A stretch of 64,000 nt of DNA from Candidatus Bipolaricaulota bacterium (GCA_035528115.1 DATKZF010000003.1:227795-291794); one strand, 5' to 3'; shown: positions 8,693-19,934, counted from the stretch's first letter. Notes: generated by a model from the letters alone, not told the origin. Numbers and translations: made by a program.

Positions 8693-9058
8693 TTAATCTA
8701 TAGTTTCTTTACATTTTTTGCATATTCTAACCTTTTTGCTTTTACCTTCTTCGTTCTTGTTTACCGAAAAACCCACTCTGGTTGTTTTATTGCATTTCGA
8801 GCAAACCAACATAACATTGGAAATATCCATCGCGGCCGGCAATTCTATCTTCTGTCCCTTTTCTCCCATTTTCTTCGGTTTGACATGCTTAATTCTAATA
8901 TTTAATCCTTCAACGACAATTTTTTCCGCCTCAGGCAAAACCTGCAAAACCTTTCCCTGATTGGCTTTGTATGTTTTCTCGCCCTTTTTAGTCTTTTTCA
9001 ATCTATCCTTGCCGCAGACTATTTGGACTTTATCGCCTTTTTTTATCTTAATATTCAT
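8693..9058 (-). CDS. rplX: 50S ribosomal protein L24, with four Cys in the C-terminal region
   Basis: KOW motif 'IKKGDKVQIVCGKD'. The C-terminal part contains CSKC...CKKC. Confidence 0.85.
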   Translation of the reverse strand: MNIKIKKGDKVQIVCGKDRLKKTKKGEKTYKANQGKVLQVLPEAEKIVVEGLNIRIKHVKPKKMGEKGQKIELPAAMDISNVMLVCSKCNKTTRVGFSVNKNEEGKSKKVRICKKCKETID

Positions 9059-9075
9059 AATTAATAAATTAAGCT

Positions 9076-9447
9076 TTATAAAACCTCGGGCGCCAAAGAT
9101 ACTATCTTGGTAAAACCCTTCTTTCTTAATTCCCTGGCGACCGGTCCGAAAACACGGGTGCCTTTCAATTCTTTGGTTTTTTTATCAACAATAATTGCCG
9201 CGTTATCATCAAATCTGATATAAGTGCCGTCTTCTCTTTTCGTTTCTTTTCGCACTCGAACCAAAACCGCATGCAGCACGTCTCCCTTTTTCACCGAAGA
9301 GTGCGGTTTGGCTTCCTTGACCGAAACGGTGATAATATCTCCGAGTCGAGCGTATCTCTTCTTATATCCGCCAAGCACCTTAATGCACTGGAGTTTTTTG
9401 GCTCCGGTATTATCCGCTGACATTAACATTGCTCGATTTTGTATCAT
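9076..9447 (-). CDS. rplN: 50S ribosomal protein L14
   Basis: 123 aa. '[27 protein letters not shown]' matches L14. Confidence 0.9.
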   Translation of the reverse strand: MIQNRAMLMSADNTGAKKLQCIKVLGGYKKRYARLGDIITVSVKEAKPHSSVKKGDVLHAVLVRVRKETKREDGTYIRFDDNAAIIVDKKTKELKGTRVFGPVARELRKKGFTKIVSLAPEVL

Positions 9448-9460
9448 ATTATTTCGCGGA

Positions 9461-9721
9461 TTATTTTATCTTTTTAATCACGCGCCATTTTTTATCTTTA
9501 CTCAAAGGTCGACATTCCTGAATTTCGACCACATCACCCGTCTTATACTGATTTTTCTCATCATGAGCTTTCAATTTATTGGTCAAAGTATATCTTTTCA
9601 GATATCTCGGGTGCATTTTGGATCTGGAAATCAAAACCACGACAGTCTTGTCCATTTTATCGCTGACAATCGTTCCTTGAAATTTTCGATAAATTTTCGG
9701 TTTTTTTTCTTCCATATTCAA
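9461..9721 (-). CDS. rpsQ: 30S ribosomal protein S17
   Basis: 86 aa. '[16 protein letters not shown]...[20 protein letters not shown]' matches S17. Confidence 0.9.
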   Translation of the reverse strand: MNMEEKKPKIYRKFQGTIVSDKMDKTVVVLISRSKMHPRYLKRYTLTNKLKAHDEKNQYKTGDVVEIQECRPLSKDKKWRVIKKIK

Positions 9722-9725
9722 TTTG

Positions 9726-9923
9726 TTATTTCGCTTTTCTTTCTTTTAATATCGTAAAAATTTTAGCGATTTCTTTCTTTTTCTTTCTGACATCTCTGAC
9801 GCTTTTCAATTGATCAATCGCCAATTTAAAATTCTGATCACGCAATTCATTCGTCAGCTCTTGATATTGCTCTCGCAATTGTTCATCAGATTTTGCTCGT
9901 AATTCGCTAATCTTCATATTCAT
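9726..9923 (-). CDS. rpmC: 50S ribosomal protein L29
   Basis: 65 aa. '[21 protein letters not shown]' matches the L29 helix pattern. Confidence 0.85.
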   Translation of the reverse strand: MNMKISELRAKSDEQLREQYQELTNELRDQNFKLAIDQLKSVRDVRKKKKEIAKIFTILKERKAK

Positions 9924-9926
9924 TAA

Positions 9927-10343
9927 TTATTTTTTCTCAACGAATTTCGTTATAACCGGCAATTTATGACCGGCAAGACGCATTGATTCGCGCGCCACTT
10001 CTCGCGATACCCCGGAAATTTCAAACATGACAGCGCCCGGTTTAACAATCACAACGAATTTTTCCGGAGCTCCTTTGCCGCCACCCATGGTGGACTGACT
10101 GCCTTTGGCCGTCACCGGTTTGTCCGGGAAAATTCTGATCCATACTTTTCCGCCTCGTTTGATATATCTGGTAATGGCTCTTCTCGCGGCTTCAATCTGC
10201 CTGGAATCTATCCAACATCCGGTGATTGCCTTTATTCCATAATCGCCAAAAGAAACTTCGGTCATCGAGGTGGCATGCGACTGCCTGTTTCTGCCTCGGC
10301 CCTTATGCCATTTTCTATGTTTTACTTTTTTCGGTAATAACAT
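9927..10343 (-). CDS. rplP: 50S ribosomal protein L16
   Basis: 138 aa. '[19 protein letters not shown]' matches the L16 N-terminus. Confidence 0.9.
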   Translation of the reverse strand: MLLPKKVKHRKWHKGRGRNRQSHATSMTEVSFGDYGIKAITGCWIDSRQIEAARRAITRYIKRGGKVWIRIFPDKPVTAKGSQSTMGGGKGAPEKFVVIVKPGAVMFEISGVSREVARESMRLAGHKLPVITKFVEKK

Positions 10344-10348
10344 ACTGG

Positions 10349-11011
10349 TTACCTTTTAATTTCTTTTGATGATTTATCAAACTTTTCTCCGCGGAATATC
10401 CAAACTTTAACGCCGATAACGCCGTAGGTCGTATGAGCTTCCTCAAGCGCGTAATCGATATCCGCTCGAATTGTGTGCAACGGCAATTTGCCTAACACCA
10501 CCTTTTCGGTTCTGGCGATTTCCGCTCCGTTCAACCTGCCGGATACGATGATTTTCGCGCCCTTGGCTCCGGCCCGGTCGGTCTTTGACAACCCCTGCTT
10601 AATCGCTCGACGGAACGGGATTCTTCTTTCAATATCAAAGGCTATGCTTTGAGCTATCAAACAGGCATTCAAATTCGGCTGATTCACTTCCTTAATGATA
10701 ATATTGATATTATCCTTTTCTTCAAAAAATCTTTTTTTCACGTCTTTTTTCAAATCTTCGATCCCCGCACCGCCCTTGCCGATAATTGTTCCCGGTCTGG
10801 CGGAAAACAAATAAATCTTTATCTCATTAGCCGATCTTTCAATCTCAATTCCAGCCAAAAACGATTCTCGAAGCTTTTTTCTCAAATACGATTTCACTTG
10901 GGTGTCTTGTTTCAGGAATTTTCGAAAATCATTGCCATTGGCAAACCAGCGAGAAGTCCAAGTCTTCACTTTATTGATCCGAAATATAATTGGATTTATC
11001 TTCTTTCCCAT
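10349..11011 (-). CDS. rpsC: 30S ribosomal protein S3
   Basis: 220 aa. '[24 protein letters not shown]' plus a KH domain match S3. Confidence 0.9.
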   Translation of the reverse strand: MGKKINPIIFRINKVKTWTSRWFANGNDFRKFLKQDTQVKSYLRKKLRESFLAGIEIERSANEIKIYLFSARPGTIIGKGGAGIEDLKKDVKKRFFEEKDNINIIIKEVNQPNLNACLIAQSIAFDIERRIPFRRAIKQGLSKTDRAGAKGAKIIVSGRLNGAEIARTEKVVLGKLPLHTIRADIDYALEEAHTTYGVIGVKVWIFRGEKFDKSSKEIKR

Positions 11012-11014
11012 ATA

Positions 11015-11608
11015 TTATGTGCCTGATTTTCGATTAAATATTTTCTTTAAAAATCCCTTATCCTTCCTTGATCTTTTATCTTCATGTTGCTGATTGCGTC
11101 TTTTGCCCTTGCTTCTCACGTCAAATATTTCCTTGGATTCTTCCGGGTCATCGATTGCTTTCGCGGATTCAACGTTAATCTGTTTGGCCGGGATATCCGA
11201 TTTCACCTGCTTTGGAGACACCTCAGACAACGCTTTCTCTTTTGCCTTTTTAACCTCAGGATTTTTCAAACTTTCCACCTTTTCAGCCAAAATCACGGAG
11301 ATGTGACTTGTTCTTTTCATTATCGGGGTGGCGCGACCGAACGCTCGAGGTCTCCATCTTTTCGCCGTCGGCCCTTCATCCACTTTGATTTCTTTAATAA
11401 ATAAATTATTTTTATCCAACTCAAAATTGTGTTCGGCGTTAGCTACAGCAGATTCCAATAACTTTTTTACCGGCATCGTCGCCGCTTTTTGCACAAATCG
11501 CAATTGCAACAAAGCCTCGGAGACATCCAAACCTCGCACCAAATTAACCACCAGTCTGGTTTTTCGTGGAGCTATTTTAATGAAATTTGCTTGTGCTTTC
11601 ACTTCCAT
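11015..11608 (-). CDS. rplV: 50S ribosomal protein L22 with a ~85-aa Lys/Glu-rich C-terminal extension
   Basis: '[26 protein letters not shown]' matches L22. At 197 aa it is nearly twice the typical length. Confidence 0.85.
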   Translation of the reverse strand: MEVKAQANFIKIAPRKTRLVVNLVRGLDVSEALLQLRFVQKAATMPVKKLLESAVANAEHNFELDKNNLFIKEIKVDEGPTAKRWRPRAFGRATPIMKRTSHISVILAEKVESLKNPEVKKAKEKALSEVSPKQVKSDIPAKQINVESAKAIDDPEESKEIFDVRSKGKRRNQQHEDKRSRKDKGFLKKIFNRKSGT

Positions 11609-11621
11609 ATATTTTTATTGA

Positions 11622-11909
11622 TTATTTCCCGGTTTTTGCCTGTTCTTTGGCCATTCTGCCTCCATGACCCGGAAATTTTCTGGTTTGGGAAAATTCACCC
11701 AATTTATGGCCGACCATATCTTCGCTCACCGCCACTTCCACATGATCTCGTCCATTGTGCACTCCGAATTTAAAACCCACCATCTCAGGGGTAATCGTAG
11801 AGGCTCTGGCCCATGTTTTGATAACTTTATTGTCTTCCGGCTTTAGCTTCGAGACTTTTATCATGAGCTTTTCGTCTATATATGGTCCTTTTTTAAGACT
11901 TCTTGCCAT
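11622..11909 (-). CDS. rpsS: 30S ribosomal protein S19
   Basis: 95 aa. '[15 protein letters not shown]...HNGRDHVEV' matches S19. Confidence 0.9.
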   Translation of the reverse strand: MARSLKKGPYIDEKLMIKVSKLKPEDNKVIKTWARASTITPEMVGFKFGVHNGRDHVEVAVSEDMVGHKLGEFSQTRKFPGHGGRMAKEQAKTGK

Positions 11910-11939
11910 ATGGCTTATTACAATCTGTTAATGATAAAC

Positions 11940-12782
11940 TTATTTCTTTCTCTTCTTGCGCCTTCTAAGTATCAAACGATCCGAAATATTCTTTTTCTTC
12001 CTGGTCTTAACGCCAAGAGCGGGCTTGCCCCACGGGGTCTTCGGATGCTTCAACCCGATCGGATTATGACCCTCGCCGCCGCCATGAGGATGATCCACGG
12101 GATTCATCGCTTTGCCTCTGACCGTCGGCTTGATGCCCATATGCCTCTTGCGACCAGCTTTGCCGATCTTGATATGCATGATATCGGGATTGCTGACCTG
12201 TCCTATAGTCGCCATACATTCTTTCGGCACCAATCTGACTTCTCCGGAAGGCAATCTAAGCTGAGCGTATTTCCCTTCAATAGCCATCAGCTTCGCGCTT
12301 TCTCCTGCCGCGCGAACCAAAGCGCCGCCGTGTCCCGGAACCAATTCTATATTATATACAAACAAACCAGCGGGTATTTTTTCAAGCGGCATGGCATTAC
12401 CCGACTTGATTTCAGCGATTTTTTTTGAAGAGATTATTTTAACGCCCGTTTTTAACTCGGTAGGAGCAATGATGTATCTTTTTTCTCCGTCAGGATACAC
12501 AATCAAAGCTATACGCGCGTTTCGGTTCGGATCATATTCTATCTCCCGCACATCTCCCTCTATATCAAATTTATCTCTTTTAAAATCTATTTGTCGGTAA
12601 AACCTTTTGTGACCGCCGCCTCGATGCCTAACCGTAATTCTGCCATACATGCCGCGACCCGCCTTTTTCTTGGTAATCGTCAACAATGATTTTTCGGATT
12701 TTCCGGTCGTGACATCAGCAAAATCATCCAATGTGAATTGGCGTCTGCCCGGGGTTGTTGGTTTTACTTTCTTTATTCCCAT
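11940..12782 (-). CDS. rplB: 50S ribosomal protein L2
   Basis: 280 aa. '[12 protein letters not shown]' is the L2 signature. Confidence 0.95.
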   Translation of the reverse strand: MGIKKVKPTTPGRRQFTLDDFADVTTGKSEKSLLTITKKKAGRGMYGRITVRHRGGGHKRFYRQIDFKRDKFDIEGDVREIEYDPNRNARIALIVYPDGEKRYIIAPTELKTGVKIISSKKIAEIKSGNAMPLEKIPAGLFVYNIELVPGHGGALVRAAGESAKLMAIEGKYAQLRLPSGEVRLVPKECMATIGQVSNPDIMHIKIGKAGRKRHMGIKPTVRGKAMNPVDHPHGGGEGHNPIGLKHPKTPWGKPALGVKTRKKKNISDRLILRRRKKRKK

Positions 12783-12784
12783 AT

Positions 12785-13210
12785 TTAAACTCCTTCGTAA
12801 ATTTCAATTTTATCGCCCGCGCTCAAAACCACAATGGCTTTCTTCCATGATTTTTTTCTGCCTTGACTTCTGCCATATCTGACTTTTTTGCCCGCAAAAT
12901 TAGCGGTTTGCACCTTAACCGGCTTCACGCCGTAAACATGTTCTATTTTAGTGGCGATTTGCGCTTTATTGGCGCTCGTTGGCACGATGAAAAGATATTG
13001 ATTCTTGGCTCCCAATTCCGTGGCCTTTTCAGTGATTAAAGGCTTTAACAAGCATCTGTACGCTTCAGAATCCATCTTCTTTGATATATTTTTAGATTTT
13101 TTGCCGATTGATTTGGCGACAACAACATCATTGGACGCTCCGTCTTTAGCGTCTTTTGTTTTTTCCGTTACTTTCTTTTCGCCTTTTAATTTTTTTAGTA
13201 AACCGGCCAT
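12785..13210 (-). CDS. rplW: 50S ribosomal protein L23 with an N-terminal extension
   Basis: The C-terminal ~95 aa match L23 ('[12 protein letters not shown]...FIVP...ANK.QI'). The N-terminal ~45 aa are Lys-rich. Confidence 0.85.
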   Translation of the reverse strand: MAGLLKKLKGEKKVTEKTKDAKDGASNDVVVAKSIGKKSKNISKKMDSEAYRCLLKPLITEKATELGAKNQYLFIVPTSANKAQIATKIEHVYGVKPVKVQTANFAGKKVRYGRSQGRKKSWKKAIVVLSAGDKIEIYEGV

Positions 13211-13215
13211 ATTAA

Positions 13216-13881
13216 TTATTTATCGCTATTATTGTCAACGTCAGCTTTTGTTTCTTTGACAAACGTCTCAACAATGGCGCTGACGGAATCCGCGGTCATT
13301 AATAAATTTTTATATTTCAATAAATCGTACACATTGAGACTGTCCGCCCTCACCACTAAAGTCTTCGGAATATTATGGAATGCTCTGATCACGAGCTGAT
13401 CGGTTTTTTCGATAACCACCAGCACGCTCTTGCTTAATTCCAAATTCTTCATGACCTCTGCCGCCTGCTTTGTTTTCGCGGCCTCAAAATCCAATCTATC
13501 CACCAGCTTCATAACGCCGCTTTCAAATCGATCCGTTAAAACCATGGCAATCGCTTTGCGTCGCACTTTCTTGTTTATTTTCTTTTCAAAATTGCGATCT
13601 CTGCTCGGACCGAAAGTCACTCCACCGCCGATCCAAATCGGTGATCTGTTGGAACCGTGTCTGGCGCGGCCGGTGCCTTTTTGCTTCCAAGGCTTTCTGC
13701 CTCCGCCGCGAACTTCAGCTTTGGTCTTGGCATGAGCCAAAACCTGACGGCCATTGCATCTTTGCGCGACCAACGCTTGATTGATCACTTCCGTCTTCGG
13801 TTCTATTCCAAAAATGGATTTTGGCAAATCAATGGTTTTGACTTCTTGTCCGGCTTTATTGTAAACCTTGGCTTTTAACAT
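13216..13881 (-). CDS. rplD: 50S ribosomal protein L4
   Basis: 221 aa. 'GGGRKPWKQKGTGRARHGS' is the L4 signature. Confidence 0.9.
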   Translation of the reverse strand: MLKAKVYNKAGQEVKTIDLPKSIFGIEPKTEVINQALVAQRCNGRQVLAHAKTKAEVRGGGRKPWKQKGTGRARHGSNRSPIWIGGGVTFGPSRDRNFEKKINKKVRRKAIAMVLTDRFESGVMKLVDRLDFEAAKTKQAAEVMKNLELSKSVLVVIEKTDQLVIRAFHNIPKTLVVRADSLNVYDLLKYKNLLMTADSVSAIVETFVKETKADVDNNSDK

Positions 13882-13883
13882 AA

Positions 13884-14663
13884 TTATTTTTCTTCATTGG
13901 ACTTAGTTTGCGTGGGTTGCTCAGCTGCCGGCTCATTGGCGACAGCGTCATTTCCAACGCTCTCGTTCGCCGGAGCGACCCCTTCATCAGCCGGAGCTTC
14001 GATTGGTTGTTCCTCAACCTTTTTTTCTTCAACTATTTTAAATTCTTGCTCATTGCTTAAAATGACCAGGCCATTTCTGGCTCCCGGCACGGATCCTTTT
14101 ACAAATAATTCGTTTTTGTCCGCGTCAACGACTACAATCTGAACTCCGGCCAAACTGACCTGATCGTCACCCATATGGCCTCCCATTCTTGTTCCTTTGA
14201 AAACATGCGCCGGTCCGCCCGCACCGATAGATCCCGGCATTCTTAATTGATCTTTATGGCCGTGAGTCGCAGGTGATCCGCTAAAGCCGTGTCTTTTGAC
14301 AACGCCTTGAAACCCTTTGCCCCTTGACACGCCGGTCATCCTTACCTTATCTCCTTTTTCAAAAATCGCGGCCTTGATTTCTTGGCCGACTTTAATATTA
14401 TCCAAAATATTGTCATTTCCCATGACTCTAAATTCTTTCCTGAATTGATAAAAATTGGCCGAGCCAACACCTTTTAACAAATTGCTTTTCTTCCCTTTTT
14501 TCTTAGGTAAAAAAACCACCTGCACGGCTTTGTAGCCTTCTTTTTCCAGATTTTTGATGGCGGAAATATAACACGGGCCAGCTTGGATTCTGGTTACCGG
14601 CACTACCTTGCCATCTTCATAAACCTGAGTCATTTCTTTTTTTTGTCCTAAGATAAACTTCAT
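13884..14663 (-). CDS. rplC: 50S ribosomal protein L3. The start is placed at the internal Met ('MKFILGQKKEMTQV'). It has an acidic C-terminal extension.
   Basis: The L3 N-terminal pattern 'LGxKxxMTQ' begins at the Met at 14663. The track ORF starts 36 nt further upstream, within a hairpin. The tail is Glu/Ala/Pro-rich. Confidence 0.85.
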   Translation of the reverse strand: MKFILGQKKEMTQVYEDGKVVPVTRIQAGPCYISAIKNLEKEGYKAVQVVFLPKKKGKKSNLLKGVGSANFYQFRKEFRVMGNDNILDNIKVGQEIKAAIFEKGDKVRMTGVSRGKGFQGVVKRHGFSGSPATHGHKDQLRMPGSIGAGGPAHVFKGTRMGGHMGDDQVSLAGVQIVVVDADKNELFVKGSVPGARNGLVILSNEQEFKIVEEKKVEEQPIEAPADEGVAPANESVGNDAVANEPAAEQPTQTKSNEEK

Positions 14664-14677
14664 ATTTATAAAAAACA

Positions 14678-14694
14678 CCGGACATAAAGTCCGG
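14678..14694 (-). promoter_or_regulatory. Hairpin plus U-run immediately upstream of the rplC start, inside an unusually long (163-nt) rpsJ-rplC spacer. Candidate attenuator.
   Basis: Minus-strand 'ccggacuuuauguccgg' followed by 'uguuuuuuauaaauAUG'. A second hairpin 'cgcgaacgaucgcg' lies at 14780-14796. Confidence 0.35.
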
Positions 14695-14826
14695 GTCATA
14701 AACTGACGTCGACTTTAGTCTGTAAATTGTACTTAACCCGATTATTAATTCTCCATCAGTAAAATTCTCTTCTCGATACTTCGCGATCGTTCGCGGTTAT
14801 CGTGAAAAAAACAGAACCGATATGTT

Positions 14827-15156
14827 TTACATTTTGATCTCAACATCCACGCCCGCGGGCAAATTCAAGCTCATCAAGGCGTCCACTGTCTGCGGAGTCG
14901 GATTTAAAATATCAATCAATCGCTTATGCACTCTCATCTCGTATTGATCTCTGGCATCCTTATGAACAAAAGTTGATCTATTAACCGTGTACTTCTTCAT
15001 TTCAACCGGCAAAGGAACAGGGCCACAAATAGTGGCTCCTGTTCTTTCTCCGGCTTCCATTATAGTTTTGGTTGCTTGATCAATAATTTTATGGTCGTAT
15101 GCCTTTATCTTGATACGAATTCTAGAAGCGCTTTTCTCTTTTTCTTTCACTGCCAT
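14827..15156 (-). CDS. rpsJ: 30S ribosomal protein S10
   Basis: 109 aa. '[38 protein letters not shown]' matches S10. Confidence 0.9.
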   Translation of the reverse strand: MAVKEKEKSASRIRIKIKAYDHKIIDQATKTIMEAGERTGATICGPVPLPVEMKKYTVNRSTFVHKDARDQYEMRVHKRLIDILNPTPQTVDALMSLNLPAGVDVEIKM

Positions 15157-15159
15157 AAA

Positions 15160-16350
15160 TTATTTAATGATTTTGGTCACCACGCCGGCGCCAATGGTTT
15201 TGCCACCTTCTCTGATAGCGAATCTTTGCTGTTCTTCAAGCGCAACAGGTACGATTAATTTAACATTGAAGGTAACGGTATCTCCGGGCATAACCATTTC
15301 AGTGCCCTCGGCCAAAGTCACTTCTCCGGTAACATCAGTGGTTCTGATATAAAACTGAGGCTTATATCCCTTGAAAAACGGTTTGTGTCTGCCTCCTTCA
15401 TCTTTACTCAAGATATAAACTTCTCCGTCAAATTCAGTATGCGGGGTAACAGTACCGGGCTTGGCCAAAACTTGGCCCCTTTCAACATCTTCTTTCTTAA
15501 TGCCTCGAAGCAAGATGCCCGCGTTGTCTCCGGCTCTGCCCTCATCCAATGTTTTTTTGAACATTTCAACTCCGGTAACGACGCTTTTTTGCGTGGGTTT
15601 CATACCGACGATTTCGATTTCCTCGTTAACTTTAACAATGCCTCTTTCGATTTTACCCGTAACTACCGTTCCTCGGCCTTCAATGGTAAAAATGTCTTCA
15701 ATAGGCATCAAAAAGGGTTTATCGATATCTCTTTCCGGCACCGGAATATATTCATCTAAGGCCTTAATCAATTCAAGAATCGGCTTAATAGCTTCCTCGT
15801 CTGTTGGATTTTCCAAAGCCTTTAAAGCCGAGCCTCGGATAATCGGAGTTTCATCTCCGGGAAATTCATATTTTTTCAATAAATCTCTAACTTCTTCTTC
15901 CACCAAATCAATCAATTCTTTTTCCTCAACCATATCGCATTTATTCAAAAATACGATAATGTAAGGCACGCCCACCTGCCTGGCGAGCAAAATGTGCTCT
16001 CGAGTCTGAGGCATCGGGCCGTCCGTGGCCGAAACAACCAAAATCGCGCCATCCATCTGAGCCGCGCCGGTAATCATGTTTTTGACATAATCGGCGTGTC
16101 CCGGACAATCAACGTGAGCATAGTGTCTCTTATCCGACTCATACTCAACGTGAGCGGTGGCGATAGTAATACCTCTGGCTTTTTCTTCCGGCGCTTTGTC
16201 GATTTGATCAACGTTCAACTCTTCCGCGTTCATGCCTTTAGCATGCAATACTTTCAAAATAGCCGCGGTTAATGTGGTCTTACCATGATCAACGTGGCCG
16301 ATGGTGCCCACGTTGACATGTGGTTTTGATCTATCAAATGTTACTGCCAT
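15160..16350 (-). CDS. tuf: Elongation factor Tu
   Basis: 396 aa. G-domain '[10 protein letters not shown]', 'DCPGHADY', 'NKCD'. Confidence 0.95.
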   Translation of the reverse strand: MAVTFDRSKPHVNVGTIGHVDHGKTTLTAAILKVLHAKGMNAEELNVDQIDKAPEEKARGITIATAHVEYESDKRHYAHVDCPGHADYVKNMITGAAQMDGAILVVSATDGPMPQTREHILLARQVGVPYIIVFLNKCDMVEEKELIDLVEEEVRDLLKKYEFPGDETPIIRGSALKALENPTDEEAIKPILELIKALDEYIPVPERDIDKPFLMPIEDIFTIEGRGTVVTGKIERGIVKVNEEIEIVGMKPTQKSVVTGVEMFKKTLDEGRAGDNAGILLRGIKKEDVERGQVLAKPGTVTPHTEFDGEVYILSKDEGGRHKPFFKGYKPQFYIRTTDVTGEVTLAEGTEMVMPGDTVTFNVKLIVPVALEEQQRFAIREGGKTIGAGVVTKIIK

Positions 16351-16470
16351 GTGTTTATACTCTCCTTAAAGCGACACCTTTAAAAGGTTTGTGATCCAGC
16401 CGCTTTTTTACTTAATTATAATTAATAAAAGTATAAAAATTATACCTTAAACTTAAAAATATTGCAAGTT

Positions 16471-16785
16471 TTACGATTCCAGCGGCTCAAGGTAGAATTT
16501 TTCCTCGTTTTCTTCCTGATTTTCCGCGAAATCCGATATTTCTTCGTCTCCCGTCCAGTTATCACGCAAATCATCCTGTCCGACTTTCCATAACGCAATA
16601 TCACGATTCATTCTATCCAATAATTCTTCCTGTGTCAAATCACGAATACCCGTATTTTCGCCAAGAATTCGCTGATATTCGCCGAGTGGCATGATCATCA
16701 AATTATTGCCGCTTTGAGCATCATAATATATGCATTTATCGCCCGTTTCCTGAATAAATTTAATGATTTTCTCTAAATTACGCAT
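16471..16785 (-). CDS. Hypothetical small acidic protein inserted between fusA and tuf
   Basis: 104-aa ORF with an acidic C-terminus ('DEEISDFAENQEENEEKFYLEPLES'). No recognisable family. It is co-directional with its neighbours and tightly spaced inside the str operon. Confidence 0.45.
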   Translation of the reverse strand: MRNLEKIIKFIQETGDKCIYYDAQSGNNLMIMPLGEYQRILGENTGIRDLTQEELLDRMNRDIALWKVGQDDLRDNWTGDEEISDFAENQEENEEKFYLEPLES

Positions 16786-16825
16786 AATATTTGATTAATT
16801 ATCCAAAACAACACTGACTTTTCCA

Positions 16826-18904
16826 TTATTTCTGCTTTTCTCCAATAATTTTATCTAAAACATTCTTCGGGACTTCGGCATAATGGGAAAATTCCATGGA
16901 ATAACTGGCTCTTCCTTGCGTAATAGATCTAAGCTCTGTGGCGTAACCGAACATTTCCGCCAATGGCACCGCAGCGCTAACCACCTTGATATTGGCCCTG
17001 TCTTTCATTTCATTTATTTGAGCTCTTTTGGAATTCAAGTCGCCCACCACATCTCCCATGAATTGTTCAGGCATCACTACCTCGACTTTCATGACCGGCT
17101 CAAGCAAAACCAAACCGGCTCTTTTTACCGCTTCCTGAAAAGCCATGGAGCCGGCAATCTTAAACGCCGCTTCGGACGAATCGACTTCATGAAAGGAACC
17201 GTCATAACAAGCGGTTCTGATATCGATCATCGGATAACCGGCTAAAACACCCCGGCCCATCGCTTCTTTAACTCCTTTGCCGATGGCGGGAATATATTCT
17301 CGGGGAATAACGCCTCCTTTAATTTCATCTTTGTATTCAAAACCTTGTCCGCGCTCCAATGGCTCGACTCTAAGCCAGCAATGTCCGTATTGACCGCGGC
17401 CTCCGGATTGTCTGACATATTTGCCTTCGGCTTCCGCGGTCTTTTTAATGGTTTCCTTGTAAGCGACCTGCGGCTGACCGATATTGGCCTCAACTTTGAA
17501 TTCTCTCTTCATTCGATCGACCAATATTTCCAAATGCAATTCTCCCATGCCTGAAATGATGGTCTGCAAAGTATCTTCATCCGTATGAACCTTAAATGTC
17601 GGATCTTCTTCCGCCAATTTCTGCAAAGCAACGCCCATCTTTTCTTGATCGGATTTCGTTTTCGGCTCGATGGCCACTGAAATAACCGGCTCGGGAAAAA
17701 CAATCGTTTCCAAAATGATCGGTCTTGATTCATCGCAAAGAGTATGGCCGGTAAAAGTATTTTTCAAACCGATGGCCGCGGCAATATCTCCGGAATAAAC
17801 CTCTTCAATGTCTTCACGATGATTGGCGTGCATTCTGACAATGCGGCCGATGCGCTCTCGCGCTCCGGTAGTGGTATTCAATACGTACGAACCGCTTTTT
17901 AATATGCCGGAATAAACTCTGATAAAGCATAATTTTCCGACAAACGGATCCGTGGCGATTTTAAATGCCAAAGCCGCGAACGGCGCTTCATCGGACGGCG
18001 CGATCGCCACTTCCTTTTCAGGATCTTTCGCGTCCAAACCGTTAATCGCCGGCACTTCCAGCGGATTGGGCAAATACGCGACCACCGCGTCCAAAAGCAA
18101 TTGCACGCCCTTATTTTTCAAAGCGCTGCCCACCAAAACCGGGACAATTTTATTATCTATGGTCGCTTTTCTCAATACTATCTTCAAATCCGCGGTGTCT
18201 ATTTCGGAACCGCTGAGATATTTGTCCATTAACGCTTCGTCATTTTCAACAATCGCCTCAATTAATTTATTTTTCGCTTCTTTTGTTTTCTCTTTCATGT
18301 CATCCGGGATTTCCACTTCTTGTACATCAACACCCATATCATCATTGTATACGTAAGCTTTCATTTCCATGAGATCTATAACGCCCTTAAATGTCTCGGC
18401 CGCGCCGATCGGCAATTGGATCGGAAAAGCGTTTTTCGTCAATCGTTCGTGAATTGATCTGACATCAGCTTCAAAATCAGCGCCCATTCTGTCCATTTTA
18501 TTGATGAACGCCAATCTGGGCACATTATATTTATCAGCTTGATGCCAAACGGTTTCCGATTGCGGCTCCACACCGGCCACGCCGTCGAAGACCACAACCC
18601 CGCCGTCCAAAACGCGCAAGGAACGTTCCACCTCCGCGGTAAAATCGACGTGTCCGGGAGTATCGATAATATTTATTCGGCAATCTTTCCAAAAACAAGT
18701 GGTGGCCGCCGAAGTGATGGTAATGCCTCTTTCTCTTTCCTGTTCCATCCAATCCATTTCGGCCGCGCCTTCATGAACCTCTCCGATTTTATGTTTTTTC
18801 CCCGTGTAAAATAAAATACGCTCGGAAACTGTGGTTTTCCCAGCATCAATATGAGCGATAATCCCAATATTTCTGGTTTTTTCCAATGTATATTCTCTGG
18901 GCAT
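16826..18904 (-). CDS. fusA: Elongation factor G
   Basis: 692 aa. '[13 protein letters not shown]', 'DTPGHVDF', 'NKMDR'. Confidence 0.95.
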   Translation of the reverse strand: MPREYTLEKTRNIGIIAHIDAGKTTVSERILFYTGKKHKIGEVHEGAAEMDWMEQERERGITITSAATTCFWKDCRINIIDTPGHVDFTAEVERSLRVLDGGVVVFDGVAGVEPQSETVWHQADKYNVPRLAFINKMDRMGADFEADVRSIHERLTKNAFPIQLPIGAAETFKGVIDLMEMKAYVYNDDMGVDVQEVEIPDDMKEKTKEAKNKLIEAIVENDEALMDKYLSGSEIDTADLKIVLRKATIDNKIVPVLVGSALKNKGVQLLLDAVVAYLPNPLEVPAINGLDAKDPEKEVAIAPSDEAPFAALAFKIATDPFVGKLCFIRVYSGILKSGSYVLNTTTGARERIGRIVRMHANHREDIEEVYSGDIAAAIGLKNTFTGHTLCDESRPIILETIVFPEPVISVAIEPKTKSDQEKMGVALQKLAEEDPTFKVHTDEDTLQTIISGMGELHLEILVDRMKREFKVEANIGQPQVAYKETIKKTAEAEGKYVRQSGGRGQYGHCWLRVEPLERGQGFEYKDEIKGGVIPREYIPAIGKGVKEAMGRGVLAGYPMIDIRTACYDGSFHEVDSSEAAFKIAGSMAFQEAVKRAGLVLLEPVMKVEVVMPEQFMGDVVGDLNSKRAQINEMKDRANIKVVSAAVPLAEMFGYATELRSITQGRASYSMEFSHYAEVPKNVLDKIIGEKQK

Positions 18905-18946
18905 AATGCAATATCAAATATAAAAATTTAGAGCAGGTTTTATTTT

Positions 18947-19438
18947 TTATCTCGCGAAATGAGCAAAGGCTCTATTAGCCTCCGCCATTCTTTGAACGTC
19001 CATTTTTTTCTTGATGGCGTCTCCTTCATTTTTTAAAGCCGCCAAAAGCTCGTCAGCCAATCTGTCGGCCATGGGTCTGCCTTTTTTATTTCTCGCGGAT
19101 TCAATAATCCATCTGAAAGCCAAAGCATAACGCCTCTCTCCTCTGACCGGATATGGCACTTGATAATTTCCGCCGCCGATTCTTTTGCCTCGGACTTCAA
19201 CCTGCGGCATAATATTTTTTATGGCCATGTCGAAAACATCCAATGAATTTTTCTGCGCGGCATCGACTTGACCCTTTTTGATTTTTTCTTCGATTATATC
19301 AAAACTTTTATAAACGACCTGCTCGGCCGTGGATTTTTTTCCGTCGCTCATGATGTAATTTATAAACTTGCCCACGACAGGACTGCCGTGCTTTACATCG
19401 GATTTGATTTTCCTTTTTGGTGCTCGTTTACCTCTCAT
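18947..19438 (-). CDS. rpsG: 30S ribosomal protein S7
   Basis: 163 aa. Conserved S7 core ('KKSTAEQVVY...AIKNIMPQVEV'). Confidence 0.9.
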   Translation of the reverse strand: MRGKRAPKRKIKSDVKHGSPVVGKFINYIMSDGKKSTAEQVVYKSFDIIEEKIKKGQVDAAQKNSLDVFDMAIKNIMPQVEVRGKRIGGGNYQVPYPVRGERRYALAFRWIIESARNKKGRPMADRLADELLAALKNEGDAIKKKMDVQRMAEANRAFAHFAR

Positions 19439-19473
19439 AAAATATCGCCCTGCTATTAGTTATTCAAATTGGA

Positions 19474-19893
19474 TTATTTGACCATTTTCGCCCCATATTT
19501 CGAGCGACTCTGCTTTCTGCCTTCAACGCCTCCGGAATCGTAAACACCGCGCAAAATATGATACCTGACGCCCGGAAGATCTTTTACTCTGCCGCCTCGA
19601 AGCAAGACGATCGAATGCTCCTGCAAATTGTGTTTTTCGCCCGGAATGTAAGCGGTGACTTCCATGCCGTTCGAAAGCCTGACACGAGCGATTTTTCGCA
19701 TGGCCGAGTTAGGTTTTTTCGGGGTCATGGTGGTCACTTTCAAGCATACGCCTCGTTTGAACGGCGCGCCTTTGGACAAAACAGTTCTTCTTCTTTTCAA
19801 GGTATTAAAAACAGTCAAAAGCGCCGGGGTTTTTGACTTTTGAAGTTTTGTCGGTCGTTTTTTCGATTTAACTAATTGACTGATTCTGGCCAT
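19474..19893 (-). CDS. rpsL: 30S ribosomal protein S12. The start is placed at the internal Met '[13 protein letters not shown]'.
   Basis: The S12 N-terminus '...INQLV.KGR' aligns at the Met at 19893. The track ORF extends upstream through a palindromic repeat and is probably too long. Confidence 0.85.
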   Translation of the reverse strand: MARISQLVKSKKRPTKLQKSKTPALLTVFNTLKRRRTVLSKGAPFKRGVCLKVTTMTPKKPNSAMRKIARVRLSNGMEVTAYIPGEKHNLQEHSIVLLRGGRVKDLPGVRYHILRGVYDSGGVEGRKQSRSKYGAKMVK

Positions 19894-19912
19894 ATTTTTA
19901 TTACGTGATATA

Positions 19913-19934
19913 CCTGCCTGCCGGTAGGCAGGCA
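19913..19934. repeat. CCTGCCTGCC-GGTA-GGCAGGCA palindrome, 20 nt upstream of the rpsL start. One member of a family.
   Basis: 8-bp perfect stem. The same core 'cctgcctgccggcaggcagg' recurs at 21091-21110 and 52044-52063. Confidence 0.6.
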
